From Actinomycetota bacterium (GTDB lineage: Bacteria > Actinomycetota > Actinomycetes > JAKEEW01), in NCBI GenBank assembly GCA_046725875.1, contig JBKOZJ010000099.1:1-37537 (forward strand): a stretch of DNA of 37,537 nucleotides. Direction: 5' to 3'. The position numbers were made by a program, and so were the translations under genes. Below are positions 26,388-35,167 of the stretch, in pieces. The notes under the pieces are model-generated. The model did no database searches and was not told where the DNA came from. It was given only the letters and a program-made list of their open reading frames with translations. The first letter of the stretch is position 1, and each line of letters starts with the position of its first letter.

Positions 26388-27569
26388 CTAAGCGCATTGG
26401 CCCGTTGGAATTCGTGCCGTGGCGTCCTCGCCCGCCTGAGCGTCGTCGCGTACCTGATCTGCGGTTAGCGCGTAGCCGGTGTCGTCGTCGTCCAGCGACT
26501 TAGCGAAGATGACCCCGTAAACGTCGCCGGCGGGCGACAGCAGTGGTCCACCCGAGTTCCCGGGCTCCACCTGCCCGAAGATCGAGAAGACCTCCCTGGT
26601 CACAGTGTTCTGCTCGTAGATATTCGGGCCGCGAGCCATGATCTCGTCCCGGATGCGGGCCGACCGAGCGGTGAACGGACCGTTGCGTGGATACCCCGCG
26701 ATCACCGCTGAGTCCTGCCGCGACCCGCCGCCGTCGAAGGACAGGTCGTCCAGCGGCAGCCCAGGAACATAAAGAACCGCGACGTCCAGATCGGGGTCGA
26801 AGAGGACGACCCGGGCCGAGTACTCCTGACCCTCGCCGGTGTACACAACCCGCGGCTCGCGAACACCGGCCACCACGTGCGCGTTCGTCATGACCCGTTC
26901 GGGTCCGTACACGAAGCCGGAGCCCTCGATGGCCCGCCCACAGGACAGCGCGGTACCCATGATCTTCACGATCGAGTCCCGGGCCCGGCGCACGGCGAGG
27001 CTGTTCGCCGCCTTCGGATCCGGCGGCCGGACCGGGGTGATGCGCTCGTCGGTGAACGGGGCGAAGACCTGCGGGAAGCCGTTCTCGTCCAGCAGGGAGG
27101 AGAAGGAGCGGTAGAGCGACTCCGCGCTGTTCGGCATGACGCGGTTGACGGCGGCAAGGACCTGCGAGTCCCGCACCGCGGGCGCGAGGGTCGGCAACGC
27201 CGACGTGGCGACTGCCGAACCCACGAACCACGCGACGATCAGCATCGATGCAACCGAGAGAACGGCCCCGCCGGTGGCGTCGGCGATTCGCGCTGGATGC
27301 CAGGTAAGGCGCTCCCGCAGTCGACGGCCGATCACGCTGGCGATCACTTGCCCGATCACGGCGAAGCCGAGGACCAGGCCGATGGCGATCAACGAGATTC
27401 CGACGTCTCGGTCCACCTGGCCGAGCAGGGCCGGCACGATGGCAAGACCGGCGAGACCGCCCCCGAGGAAACCGATGAACGACAGCGCGCCAGCCACGAA
27501 CCCCTGGCGATAGCCGGAGACGGCGAACGCCACCGCTGCGGCAATGAGCACGACGTCGAGGAGGTTCAC
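26388..27569 (-). CDS. marP: MarP-family membrane serine protease (CvpA-like TMs + trypsin domain)
   Basis: GTG start overlaps the NUDIX stop. Four TMs, TNAHVVAG, DVAVL and GNSGGPL. Confidence 0.92.
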   Translation of the reverse strand: MNLLDVVLIAAAVAFAVSGYRQGFVAGALSFIGFLGGGLAGLAIVPALLGQVDRDVGISLIAIGLVLGFAVIGQVIASVIGRRLRERLTWHPARIADATGGAVLSVASMLIVAWFVGSAVATSALPTLAPAVRDSQVLAAVNRVMPNSAESLYRSFSSLLDENGFPQVFAPFTDERITPVRPPDPKAANSLAVRRARDSIVKIMGTALSCGRAIEGSGFVYGPERVMTNAHVVAGVREPRVVYTGEGQEYSARVVLFDPDLDVAVLYVPGLPLDDLSFDGGGSRQDSAVIAGYPRNGPFTARSARIRDEIMARGPNIYEQNTVTREVFSIFGQVEPGNSGGPLLSPAGDVYGVIFAKSLDDDDTGYALTADQVRDDAQAGEDATARIPTGQCA

Positions 27570-28282
27570 CGGACGGTCTCCGGGAGGTCGACCACGCGGG
27601 TGGCGTCCCACGGCCGCTCCCAGCCGACGAACCAGAGCAAGCGGTCGATCAGCCCGGCGGTGAACCCCCAAACGAACAGACCGCGTACGGTGAATCCCGG
27701 TCCGATGTAGCCGCTCGGATGACGGACCCGCACCCGGTTCGCCGGATCGGTCAGCTCGGCGATCGGCACCCGATGAACCGACGCGACCTCGGCCGGATCG
27801 ACGACGCTCACCGACGACGGCTCCCGCCACCAGCCGAGGACGGGCGTCACGGCGTGGTTGCTGTGCGGCAGCCAGAGTGTCGGCAGCGTCGCAAACACCT
27901 CGACACCGCCGGGCTCGAGCCCGGTCTCCTCGCTCGCCTCGCGCAGGGCGGCGGCGATCGGCCCGCCGTCCGTGGGTTCGACCTGCCCACCGGGGAATGC
28001 GGGGTGGCCGGCGTGGCTACGCATGTCGTGCGCCCGCTCGATCAGCAGCAGGTCCGGCCCGTGCCCACCCTCGGCGAGCAGGATGAGTACGGCCGAGTCA
28101 CGGGCGCCGTCGTCCGGTGGGAGGAACCGCGACAAATCCCTCGGACGGATCCGCGCGGCGGCATCGGCAACCGGCTGGAGCCAGCTCGGCAACGCCGATC
28201 CGCTGATCGCACCCGCGGATGTGTCGGCGCCGTCGGCCGTCCTGGCCGCTGGGTCGCCGCGCCCGCCTGCGCCGTCCGTCAC
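27566..28282 (-). CDS. CoA pyrophosphatase (NUDIX, Rv3672c-like)
   Basis: SAVLILL, RSHAGHPAFPGG, AALREASEETGL and WGFTAG. Confidence 0.92.
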   Translation of the reverse strand: MTDGAGGRGDPAARTADGADTSAGAISGSALPSWLQPVADAAARIRPRDLSRFLPPDDGARDSAVLILLAEGGHGPDLLLIERAHDMRSHAGHPAFPGGQVEPTDGGPIAAALREASEETGLEPGGVEVFATLPTLWLPHSNHAVTPVLGWWREPSSVSVVDPAEVASVHRVPIAELTDPANRVRVRHPSGYIGPGFTVRGLFVWGFTAGLIDRLLWFVGWERPWDATRVVDLPETVR

Positions 28283-28300
28283 GTTACGCGCATACCTCCG

Positions 28301-29053
28301 CTAGTCCGCGACGGCGTCGTCGGCGAGCTGGCTGGCCGGGCGCAGCAGCTTGCGAGCCACCTCCGGATCGGTTGGACCCTCGCCGTAGGACGGGCACCAA
28401 CGAGCAACGGGACAAGCCCCGCACGCGGGCTTGCGGGCGTGGCAGACCCGGCGGCCGTGCCAGATGAGCCGGTGCGACAGCATGGTCCACTCGGACTTCG
28501 GAAACAGCGAGCCGACCTCGGTCTCGATCTTGACGGGATCGGTTTGCTTGGTCCAGCCGAAGCGCTTGGCCAACCGGGCGAAGTGGGTGTCCACCGTAAT
28601 TCCTGGCACCCCACAGGCATTTCCCAGCACTACGTTCGCGGTCTTCCGGCCGACCCCGGGCAGCGTCACGAGGTCGTCCATCCGGCACGGAACCGCACCC
28701 TCGAACCGCTCGGTGAGGGCCTGGCCGAGCTTGATCAACGACGTCGCTTTGTTGTGGTAGAACCCGGTCGACTGGATGATCGTTTCAACCTCTGTGCGAT
28801 CAGCGGCGGCGTAGTCGGCCGCGGTCGGATACTTCGCGAACAGTGTTGGCGTGACCATGTTCACCCGGATGTCGGTGGTCTGCGCCGACAAGATCGTCGC
28901 GACCAGCAGCTCGAGCGGGCAGGCGAAATTGAGCTCGGTGTGCGCATCCGGATAGGCCAGGGCGAGCTCACGGTTGATCCGTCTCGCCCGCCGTACCAGC
29001 GCGACCCGCGACTCGGGGGTGCGGACGCGCGGTTTGCGCGTTCGGGGAGGCAC
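28301..29053 (-). CDS. nth: Endonuclease III
   Basis: [13 protein letters not shown], HhH motif [12 protein letters not shown] and 4Fe-4S motif [17 protein letters not shown]. Confidence 0.96.
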   Translation of the reverse strand: MPPRTRKPRVRTPESRVALVRRARRINRELALAYPDAHTELNFACPLELLVATILSAQTTDIRVNMVTPTLFAKYPTAADYAAADRTEVETIIQSTGFYHNKATSLIKLGQALTERFEGAVPCRMDDLVTLPGVGRKTANVVLGNACGVPGITVDTHFARLAKRFGWTKQTDPVKIETEVGSLFPKSEWTMLSHRLIWHGRRVCHARKPACGACPVARWCPSYGEGPTDPEVARKLLRPASQLADDAVAD

Positions 29054-29249
29054 GCGACAAGACTACGTGCCGGCACTGATGGCCGGGCGCCGGCAAGGCG
29101 AAACCCGAACTCCGCGCAGCCGCACAACCCCCGCTCTCTCTGGTCGTACGCTGCAGCCCGGGGTTGGTGCGGCGGGGCGATGATCGGCGACAATGGTGGC
29201 GCCGGACCCTGACTGGCGCGTCGGGTCGGTGCTTGCCGAGGAGGTTGCC

Positions 29250-29945
29250 GTGGGCGAGCGACCAAGCCTTGGGGATGTGCTGCGGCGTGCTCCGCTCTTC
29301 GCCGTTCTCGATGCGGAGTCGGCTGCCTCGCTGCGCAAGACGATGGCCGAGGTGCACCTCCGTCGCGGCGACATTCTCTTCCACGAAGGAGACCCGGGCG
29401 ACCGGGTCTACATCGTTACCGAGGGAAAGATCAAGCTCGGTCGCACCGCCCCCGATGGTCGCGAGAACCTCCTTGGCGTGCTCGGGCCGGGGGAGACCTT
29501 CGGCGAGGTGTCTCTGTTCGACCCCGGTCCGCGAACGGCCACGGCGACGGCGGTCACCGACGCCACGCTGCTCGGGCTCGGAAATGCCGATCTGCAGCCC
29601 TGGTTGACCGAGCGTCCCGAGGTGGCCAAGGGGCTGCTCCAGCAGGTGGCCCACCGGCTGCGCCACGCCAACGAAATCATGGCCGACCTCGTCTTCCAGG
29701 ACGTGCCGGGCCGGGTCGCGAAGGCCCTGCTCGATCTCGCCGCCCGGTTTGGCACACCGGCCCCGGCCGCCGGCATCCACGTCCACCATGACCTAACCCA
29801 AGAGGAGCTCGCCCAGCTCGTCGGCGCGTCGCGGGAGACCGTCAACAAGGCGCTCGCCGATTTCGTGAGCCGCGGCTGGATCCGCCTGGAGGCCCGCGCA
29901 GTCGTGCTCCTCGACGTCGATCGCCTCCAACAACGCGCCCGCTGA
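29250..29945 (+). CDS. crp: cAMP receptor protein (Crp/GlxR)
   Basis: FGEVSLFDPGPRTATA cNMP pocket and HTH LTQEELAQLVGASRETVNKAL. GAGGAGG before the GTG at 29250. Confidence 0.95.
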   Translation: MGERPSLGDVLRRAPLFAVLDAESAASLRKTMAEVHLRRGDILFHEGDPGDRVYIVTEGKIKLGRTAPDGRENLLGVLGPGETFGEVSLFDPGPRTATATAVTDATLLGLGNADLQPWLTERPEVAKGLLQQVAHRLRHANEIMADLVFQDVPGRVAKALLDLAARFGTPAPAAGIHVHHDLTQEELAQLVGASRETVNKALADFVSRGWIRLEARAVVLLDVDRLQQRAR

Positions 29946-29959
29946 TTCGGCCACTGGCT

Positions 29960-30784
29960 TCAGTCCCGCCCCGCACGGAGGTAGTCGACCTGGGCCCGGA
30001 CGGAGAGCTCGGCGGCGGGCCAGAGGGATTGGTCGACGTCGGCGTAGACGCGGCGGACGACGTCGGCCGGTGTCTGGTCGCCGGCCGCCAGCGCCTCCGC
30101 CACCTGGGCCAGTCGTTCCGCGCGATGTGCGAGGTAGTAGTCGATCGCCGCCACCGCCTGATCCTCGAGAACCGGGCCGTGGCCGGGGAGCACGGTCACC
30201 ACCGCCCCGGACTCGGCCAGTGCCCGCAACCGGCGAAGTGACGCGAGGTAGTCCGCGAGCCGCCCTTCCGGCCAGGCGACCACCGTCGTTCCCCGGCCGA
30301 GGATGGTGTCCCCGGTCAGCACTGCGCGGTCGGCTGGCACGACGAAGGACAACGAGTCGGCCGTGTGCCCGGGCGTACTCACTACCCGCACCTCCAGGCC
30401 ATCCATCACCACGACGTCACCATCGCCCAGCCCCTGTGATCCGAGCCGATGCGCGGGATCGAGAGCACGCACCGGGACGCCCCCGGCCAGCTCGGCGAAC
30501 CGCGCGGCGCCCTCGGCATGGTCGGCGTGCCCGTGGGTGAGCAGGACGGCGCCGATCACGCAGCCACGTGACTGGGACGCGCTGATCACCGCGCTCAAGT
30601 GACCCTCGTTCAGTGGCCCTGGATCGACCGCCACCGACCGGCGCGCGCCCGGCTCGGCGAGCACCCAGGTGTTCGTGCCGTCGAGCGTCATCGGCCCCGG
30701 GTTCGGTGCGCGGACGCGCGTGGCACGTCCTTGCCTGGTAACGCCGGGGGGCGGAGCCATCGGCCGGTTGTCTCGCTCGGTCAT
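29960..30784 (-). CDS. MBL-fold metallo-hydrolase (Rv3677c-like)
   Basis: APNPGPMTLDGTNTW, THGHADH, TPGHTADS and LPGHG. ATGA overlap with the upstream NUDIX. Confidence 0.92.
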   Translation of the reverse strand: MTERDNRPMAPPPGVTRQGRATRVRAPNPGPMTLDGTNTWVLAEPGARRSVAVDPGPLNEGHLSAVISASQSRGCVIGAVLLTHGHADHAEGAARFAELAGGVPVRALDPAHRLGSQGLGDGDVVVMDGLEVRVVSTPGHTADSLSFVVPADRAVLTGDTILGRGTTVVAWPEGRLADYLASLRRLRALAESGAVVTVLPGHGPVLEDQAVAAIDYYLAHRAERLAQVAEALAAGDQTPADVVRRVYADVDQSLWPAAELSVRAQVDYLRAGRD

Positions 30785-31704
30785 CCACTCCACCCTGGCT
30801 CGCCCGGAAGAACGAGGTGTACGGAATCGGCGTCCACAACCGGTTGCGGAGTGATCGGCCGTACCGTCCGCTGCGCTGCAGCCGCGAAAGCCGCGGCGAC
30901 CGAGTTGCATGTCGCGAGTTCCCGGAAAGTGACCGCGGTGGGCGGCAGCATTGAGATCTCACCGCGGGCCAGCCGGCTCAACGCCTCGGCCGGCCTCAGC
31001 CAGCCCGCGTGCTCGGCCTCCCCCGATACGTCGCGCGCTTGCTGGCCGGGCGGAAGGGCGGCGAGGAAGAACCTAGTGTCGTAGCGGCGGGGCTCGAACC
31101 GCGGCGTGATCCAATGTGCCCAGAGCGCGAGCTTGTCGGTACGGAGAACGAGCCCGCGCCGTTCGGCGAAGTCGGCGAACGCCAGCTCCTTGGCGACCAG
31201 CGCCACCCGGTCGGCCTCCCACGTGGTGCCGGCTGGATCAGGGCTGGACGCCGCCTCGGAATCGGCGAGGAGAACACCGGCCTCTTCGAAGGTTTCCCGG
31301 ATCGCGGCACACAGCAGCGCCGGTGCCTCCGCTTCTGCCGAGATGCCGAGGCGGCTCGCCCAGTCGGCCATCGACGGACCGGCCCAGCGGACGCCCGGAT
31401 CAGTGTCCCGCGGGTCGACCGCGCCGCCGGGGAACGCGTACATCCCTCCGGCGAAGGCCATCGACCGCGCCCGCTTGAGTGCGTACACCTCGAGGCCGGC
31501 GGGCCGCTCGCGGACCAGCATGACGGTGGCGGCTGGACGCGGGACCACCTCGGTGGCCTGGCCCGCGATGAACTGGCGCGCCCGCTCGGCCAGCGGAGGT
31601 GGGAGGATGCGCAGCGATCGGGCCACGGCCGCGTCGGCCACCGCCTCAGATATCACCTGGTCCGCGCGCTCCCGGCTAGATAGCGCCTTGTATGCCGCCC
31701 GCAT
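30781..31704 (-). CDS. NUDIX hydrolase (Nudt19-like)
   Basis: PRPAATVML, FPGGAVD, AAIRETFEEAGVLL and WITP..RRYDTRFF. Start uncertain. Confidence 0.88.
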   Translation of the reverse strand: MRAAYKALSSRERADQVISEAVADAAVARSLRILPPPLAERARQFIAGQATEVVPRPAATVMLVRERPAGLEVYALKRARSMAFAGGMYAFPGGAVDPRDTDPGVRWAGPSMADWASRLGISAEAEAPALLCAAIRETFEEAGVLLADSEAASSPDPAGTTWEADRVALVAKELAFADFAERRGLVLRTDKLALWAHWITPRFEPRRYDTRFFLAALPPGQQARDVSGEAEHAGWLRPAEALSRLARGEISMLPPTAVTFRELATCNSVAAAFAAAAQRTVRPITPQPVVDADSVHLVLPGEPGWSG

Positions 31705-32170
31705 CGGGGGTGGCGACCTCCACGATCACCTCGACCTCTACCGGCGCGTCGAGCGGGAGGACGGCCACCCCAACCGCGCTGCGCGCGTGCCTGCCGGCCT
31801 TGCCGAAGACCTCGCCGAGCAGCTCGCTCGCGCCGTTGACCACCGCGGGCTGCTCGGTGAACCAGGGCGCGCTGGCGACGAAGCCGACGACCTTGACCAC
31901 TCGGGTCACCGCGGCGAGGTCGCCGACCACGGACTTGATCGCGGCGAGCGCGTTGAGCGCGCACTGCCGCGCGTAGGTCTTGGCATCCTCCGGATAGAGC
32001 TCGTCGCCGACCTTCCCGGTCGCCGGGAGCTGTCCGTCCACGAACGGGAGCTGACCAGATGTGTAGACGTAGGAGCCGGTGCGCACCGCCGGGACGTAGG
32101 CAGCGACCGGCGCCGCGACGGGCGGAAGCGTGAGCCCGAGCTCGGCCAACCTCTTCTCCGGCGCGCTCAT
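31676..32170 (-). CDS. RidA/YjgF family protein (Rv3678c-like)
   Basis: YTSGQLP, VVKVVGFVAS, NGASEL and HARSAVGVAVLPLDAPVEVE. Confidence 0.92.
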   Translation of the reverse strand: MSAPEKRLAELGLTLPPVAAPVAAYVPAVRTGSYVYTSGQLPFVDGQLPATGKVGDELYPEDAKTYARQCALNALAAIKSVVGDLAAVTRVVKVVGFVASAPWFTEQPAVVNGASELLGEVFGKAGRHARSAVGVAVLPLDAPVEVEVIVEVATPDAGGIQGAI

Positions 32171-32181
32171 CGGCCCGTTCA

Positions 32182-32337
32182 TCAGGAAAGCTCGCGCTTC
32201 ATGTAGGCGACGAGCTGCTCGCCGCTCGGCCCAGGCACCACCTGGACGAGTTCCCAGCCGTCGGCGCCCCATTGGTCGAGGATCTGCTTCGTCGCGTGGA
32301 CGAGCAGCGGCACCGTCGCGTACTCCCACTTCGCCAT
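32182..32337 (-). CDS. DUF4177 small protein (Rv3678A-like)
   Basis: MAKWEYATVPLLVHATKQILDQWGADGWELV. TAAGCT lies 8 nt upstream, suggesting a leaderless start. Confidence 0.9.
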   Translation of the reverse strand: MAKWEYATVPLLVHATKQILDQWGADGWELVQVVPGPSGEQLVAYMKRELS

Positions 32338-32447
32338 AGCAGCGGAGCTTAGCCCGTCGCGGGCGCTCGGCTCGCGCACCTGGACTGGAGGCCGGCTGCG
32401 GTGTTCGGCCGAGCAGCTGCCCAGGCTGGCCGAGCCGCGCAGGTAGC

Positions 32448-33425
32448 GTGGCTGGGATGGGTCCTCGACTGCATGTGGTGAGCGGCAAGGGCGGCACCGG
32501 GAAGACCACGGTGGCCGCCGCGCTCGCGCTAAGCCTTGCCTCGGACGGGAATCGTACCTTGCTCTGCGAGGTCGAGGACCGCCAAGGGATCGCTCAGCTG
32601 TTCGACCTCCCGCCGCTGTCGTACAAAGAGCGCAAGATCGCCGTCGCCCCCGGTCACGGCGAGGTTTTCGGACTTGCCATCGACGCCGAGGCCGCGCTGC
32701 TCGAGTATCTCGACTTGTTCTACAAGCTCGGCCGCGCGGGCCGGACCCTCGACAAGATCGGCGCGATCGACTTCGCGACCACGGTCGCGCCAGGCCTGCG
32801 CGATGTACTCCTCACCGGGAAGGCGTACGAGGCGACCCGGCGGCGCGACAAGCACGGTTCGCTCGTTTATGACGCAGTCGTGCTTGATGCCCCGCCGACC
32901 GGCCGGATCGGGCGGTTCTTGAATGTCAACACCGAGGTCGCCGGGCTGGCCCGAGTCGGCCCCGTCCACCGGCACGCCGGCTCGATCGCAAGGTTCGTAC
33001 GGTCCCGGGCGACCGCGGTCCATCTCGTCACGCTGCTGGAAGAGATGCCGGTGCAGGAGACCGTCGATGCCTGTGCGGAGCTCACCGCCCGCGGACTCCA
33101 CGTCGGCGCCGTGGTGGTGAACATGGTCCGGGAGCCGGTGCTTCTGCCGGGTCTGCTCCGGCGGGCCGCGGCCGGAAAGCTCGACCGCGCCGCGGTGGCG
33201 GCCGGGCTCGGCGCAGCCGGGCTCGACCCGGTCGACGACCTGTTGACCGCGCTGCTGGCCGAGGCGTCCGACCACGCCCAGCGCGTCATCCTCGAGCAGA
33301 CCGAGCGGAAGGCGCTGGTCGAGCTCGGGCGGCCGACCTTCGAGCTGCCCCTGCTCACCGACGGGGTCGACCTCGGGGGTTTGTACGGGCTGGCCGCGCA
33401 TCTGTCGGACCTCGGAGGCTACTGA
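32448..33425 (+). CDS. ArsA/GET3-like ATPase (Rv3679-like)
   Basis: SGKGGTGKTT, LDAPPTG and LLEEMPVQET. Confidence 0.9.
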   Translation: MAGMGPRLHVVSGKGGTGKTTVAAALALSLASDGNRTLLCEVEDRQGIAQLFDLPPLSYKERKIAVAPGHGEVFGLAIDAEAALLEYLDLFYKLGRAGRTLDKIGAIDFATTVAPGLRDVLLTGKAYEATRRRDKHGSLVYDAVVLDAPPTGRIGRFLNVNTEVAGLARVGPVHRHAGSIARFVRSRATAVHLVTLLEEMPVQETVDACAELTARGLHVGAVVVNMVREPVLLPGLLRRAAAGKLDRAAVAAGLGAAGLDPVDDLLTALLAEASDHAQRVILEQTERKALVELGRPTFELPLLTDGVDLGGLYGLAAHLSDLGGY

Positions 33426-33460
33426 ACAACCATGTCAAATATCCTCTCGGGCCCGGTGGC

Positions 33461-34642
33461 ATGACTACACAAGCACCGGCACCGCCCGCCCCTCGCGACC
33501 CGTCCGGGCCGTCCCGGTCACCGTCGCGCCGGCTGGACTTCGACGCGCTCGTCGGTAACCCAAAGACCCGGGTGGTCGTCTGCTGCGGCTCGGGCGGCGT
33601 CGGCAAGACGACCGTCGCAGCCGCCCTGGCCGTCCGGGCGGCCGATCTGGGGCGGACGGTGGCCGTACTGACCATCGACCCGGCGCGCCGCCTGGCCCAG
33701 TCGCTGGGCCTCAGCCACCTCGACAACACGCCTCGCGAGGTGCCCGGATTCGAGGAGCGAGCGGGCCGGCTCGACGCGATGATGCTGGACATGAAGCGGA
33801 CGTTCGACGAGATCGTCTTGACCCATGCCGAGCCACGGCGGGCCCAGCAGATCCTCGCCAACCCCTTCTACCAGTCGCTGTCCTCGAGCTTCGCCGGTAC
33901 GCAGGAGTACATGGCGATGGAGAAGCTGGGCCAGCTGGTCGAGGAGGATCGCTGGGACCTGATCGTGGTCGATACCCCGCCGTCCCGCTCCGCGCTCGAC
34001 TTCCTCGATGCCCCGAAGCGGCTCGGCTCCTTCCTCGACGGGCGGCTCATCCGCATGCTCACCGCCCCGGCGCGAGCCGGGGGATCGGTGGTCGGGCGGA
34101 TGGTGTCCGTCGGCTTCGACGTGGTCTCCGGAGCGCTCAACCGAATCCTCGGCAAGTCGCTGATCGGGGACGTCCAGACCTTCGTGGCGGCCTTCGACAC
34201 GATGTTCGGCGGGTTCCGCGAGCGGGCGGAGCGCACCTACCGGCGGCTGGCCGCTCCGGGCACATCGTTCCTCGTCGTGGCCACTGCGGAGCCCGATGCG
34301 CTGCGCGAGGCCACCTATTTCGTGGAGCGCTTGCACGAGGAGCGGATGGCGCTGGCCGGCCTCGTACTAAACCGGGTGGCGCATAGCACCTATCCGGCAC
34401 TCCGGGCTGGACGGGCAGCAATGGCGGCCGAGAAGCTGCGGGTCGACGGCGGGCACCGATTGGCCGCGGCGGTCCTCCAGCTGCACTCGGAGCGAATGGA
34501 TGCGGTAGCCCACGACCGCAGGATGCGAGACCGGTTCTCCGCTGCGCACCCACACATTCCGATCGCGGAGATCTCGCAGCGCCCGGTGGACGTACGCGAC
34601 CTGCCTGCGCTACGCGATCTCGCTGCGTCGGCGCGGAAGTAA
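33461..34642 (+). CDS. ArsA/GET3-like ATPase (Rv3680-like)
   Basis: CCGSGGVGKTT, TIDPARRLAQSLG, GTQEYMAMEKL and VDTPPS. Confidence 0.92.
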   Translation: MTTQAPAPPAPRDPSGPSRSPSRRLDFDALVGNPKTRVVVCCGSGGVGKTTVAAALAVRAADLGRTVAVLTIDPARRLAQSLGLSHLDNTPREVPGFEERAGRLDAMMLDMKRTFDEIVLTHAEPRRAQQILANPFYQSLSSSFAGTQEYMAMEKLGQLVEEDRWDLIVVDTPPSRSALDFLDAPKRLGSFLDGRLIRMLTAPARAGGSVVGRMVSVGFDVVSGALNRILGKSLIGDVQTFVAAFDTMFGGFRERAERTYRRLAAPGTSFLVVATAEPDALREATYFVERLHEERMALAGLVLNRVAHSTYPALRAGRAAMAAEKLRVDGGHRLAAAVLQLHSERMDAVAHDRRMRDRFSAAHPHIPIAEISQRPVDVRDLPALRDLAASARK

Positions 34643-34655
34643 CCGGCCCGGTGGG

Positions 34656-34955
34656 TCAGGTTTGGACTGGCTCGAGCTCCCGCAGGTAGCTGTCCCGGGC
34701 GGACTCGAGCAGCGCCCGCCACGATTGGACATTGGGCCGCTGGCGGAGCAGCGCACGCCGCTCCCGCTCGGTCATCCCACCCCATACGCCCCACTCGGTC
34801 CGATGATCCAGGGCGTCGGCAAGGCACTCGGTGCGCACCGGGCAGCGCATGCATACGCCTTTAGCGCGGTTCTGCCCGGCGCCGGCCACGAACAACTGAT
34901 CCGGGTCACCTGCTCGACAAGCGGCGTCGTTGACCCAGTCCGCCTTCCACGTCAT
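34656..34955 (-). CDS. wblA: WhiB-family Fe-S regulator WblA/WhiB4
   Basis: AAC..DPDQLFV.GA.QNRAK..CMRCPVRTECLADALD..WGVWGGMTERERR. Divergent from ponA2. Confidence 0.93.
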   Translation of the reverse strand: MTWKADWVNDAACRAGDPDQLFVAGAGQNRAKGVCMRCPVRTECLADALDHRTEWGVWGGMTERERRALLRQRPNVQSWRALLESARDSYLRELEPVQT

Positions 34956-35167
34956 CAGTTGCCTCCCCCTCGCTCGGAGCCGACGCCGAAACTGATGTCG
35001 TTCCGGAAAGCTACGGAATGATCACGGGCCGGTGGCAGCCCCCGATAGGCCCAATCTCGTATGACCCGATCGGGCTATTCCCGGACTATCGAGCAGCGCC
35101 GCCCTGGCTTTTCTGATCCTCCGGACGTTCGACGGTCGATATCGCGGGCCGACTAAGGTCGACCCCT

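Noticed and set aside
27719..29212. 497-aa + strand ORF (also 21881-22906 and 25192-26391)
   Set aside because: These overlap well-supported genes in other frames or strands and have low-complexity composition.
32448..34642. Arsenic resistance operon
   Set aside because: No arsB/arsC/arsR. The pair matches the conserved Rv3679/Rv3680-type GET3-like ATPases.
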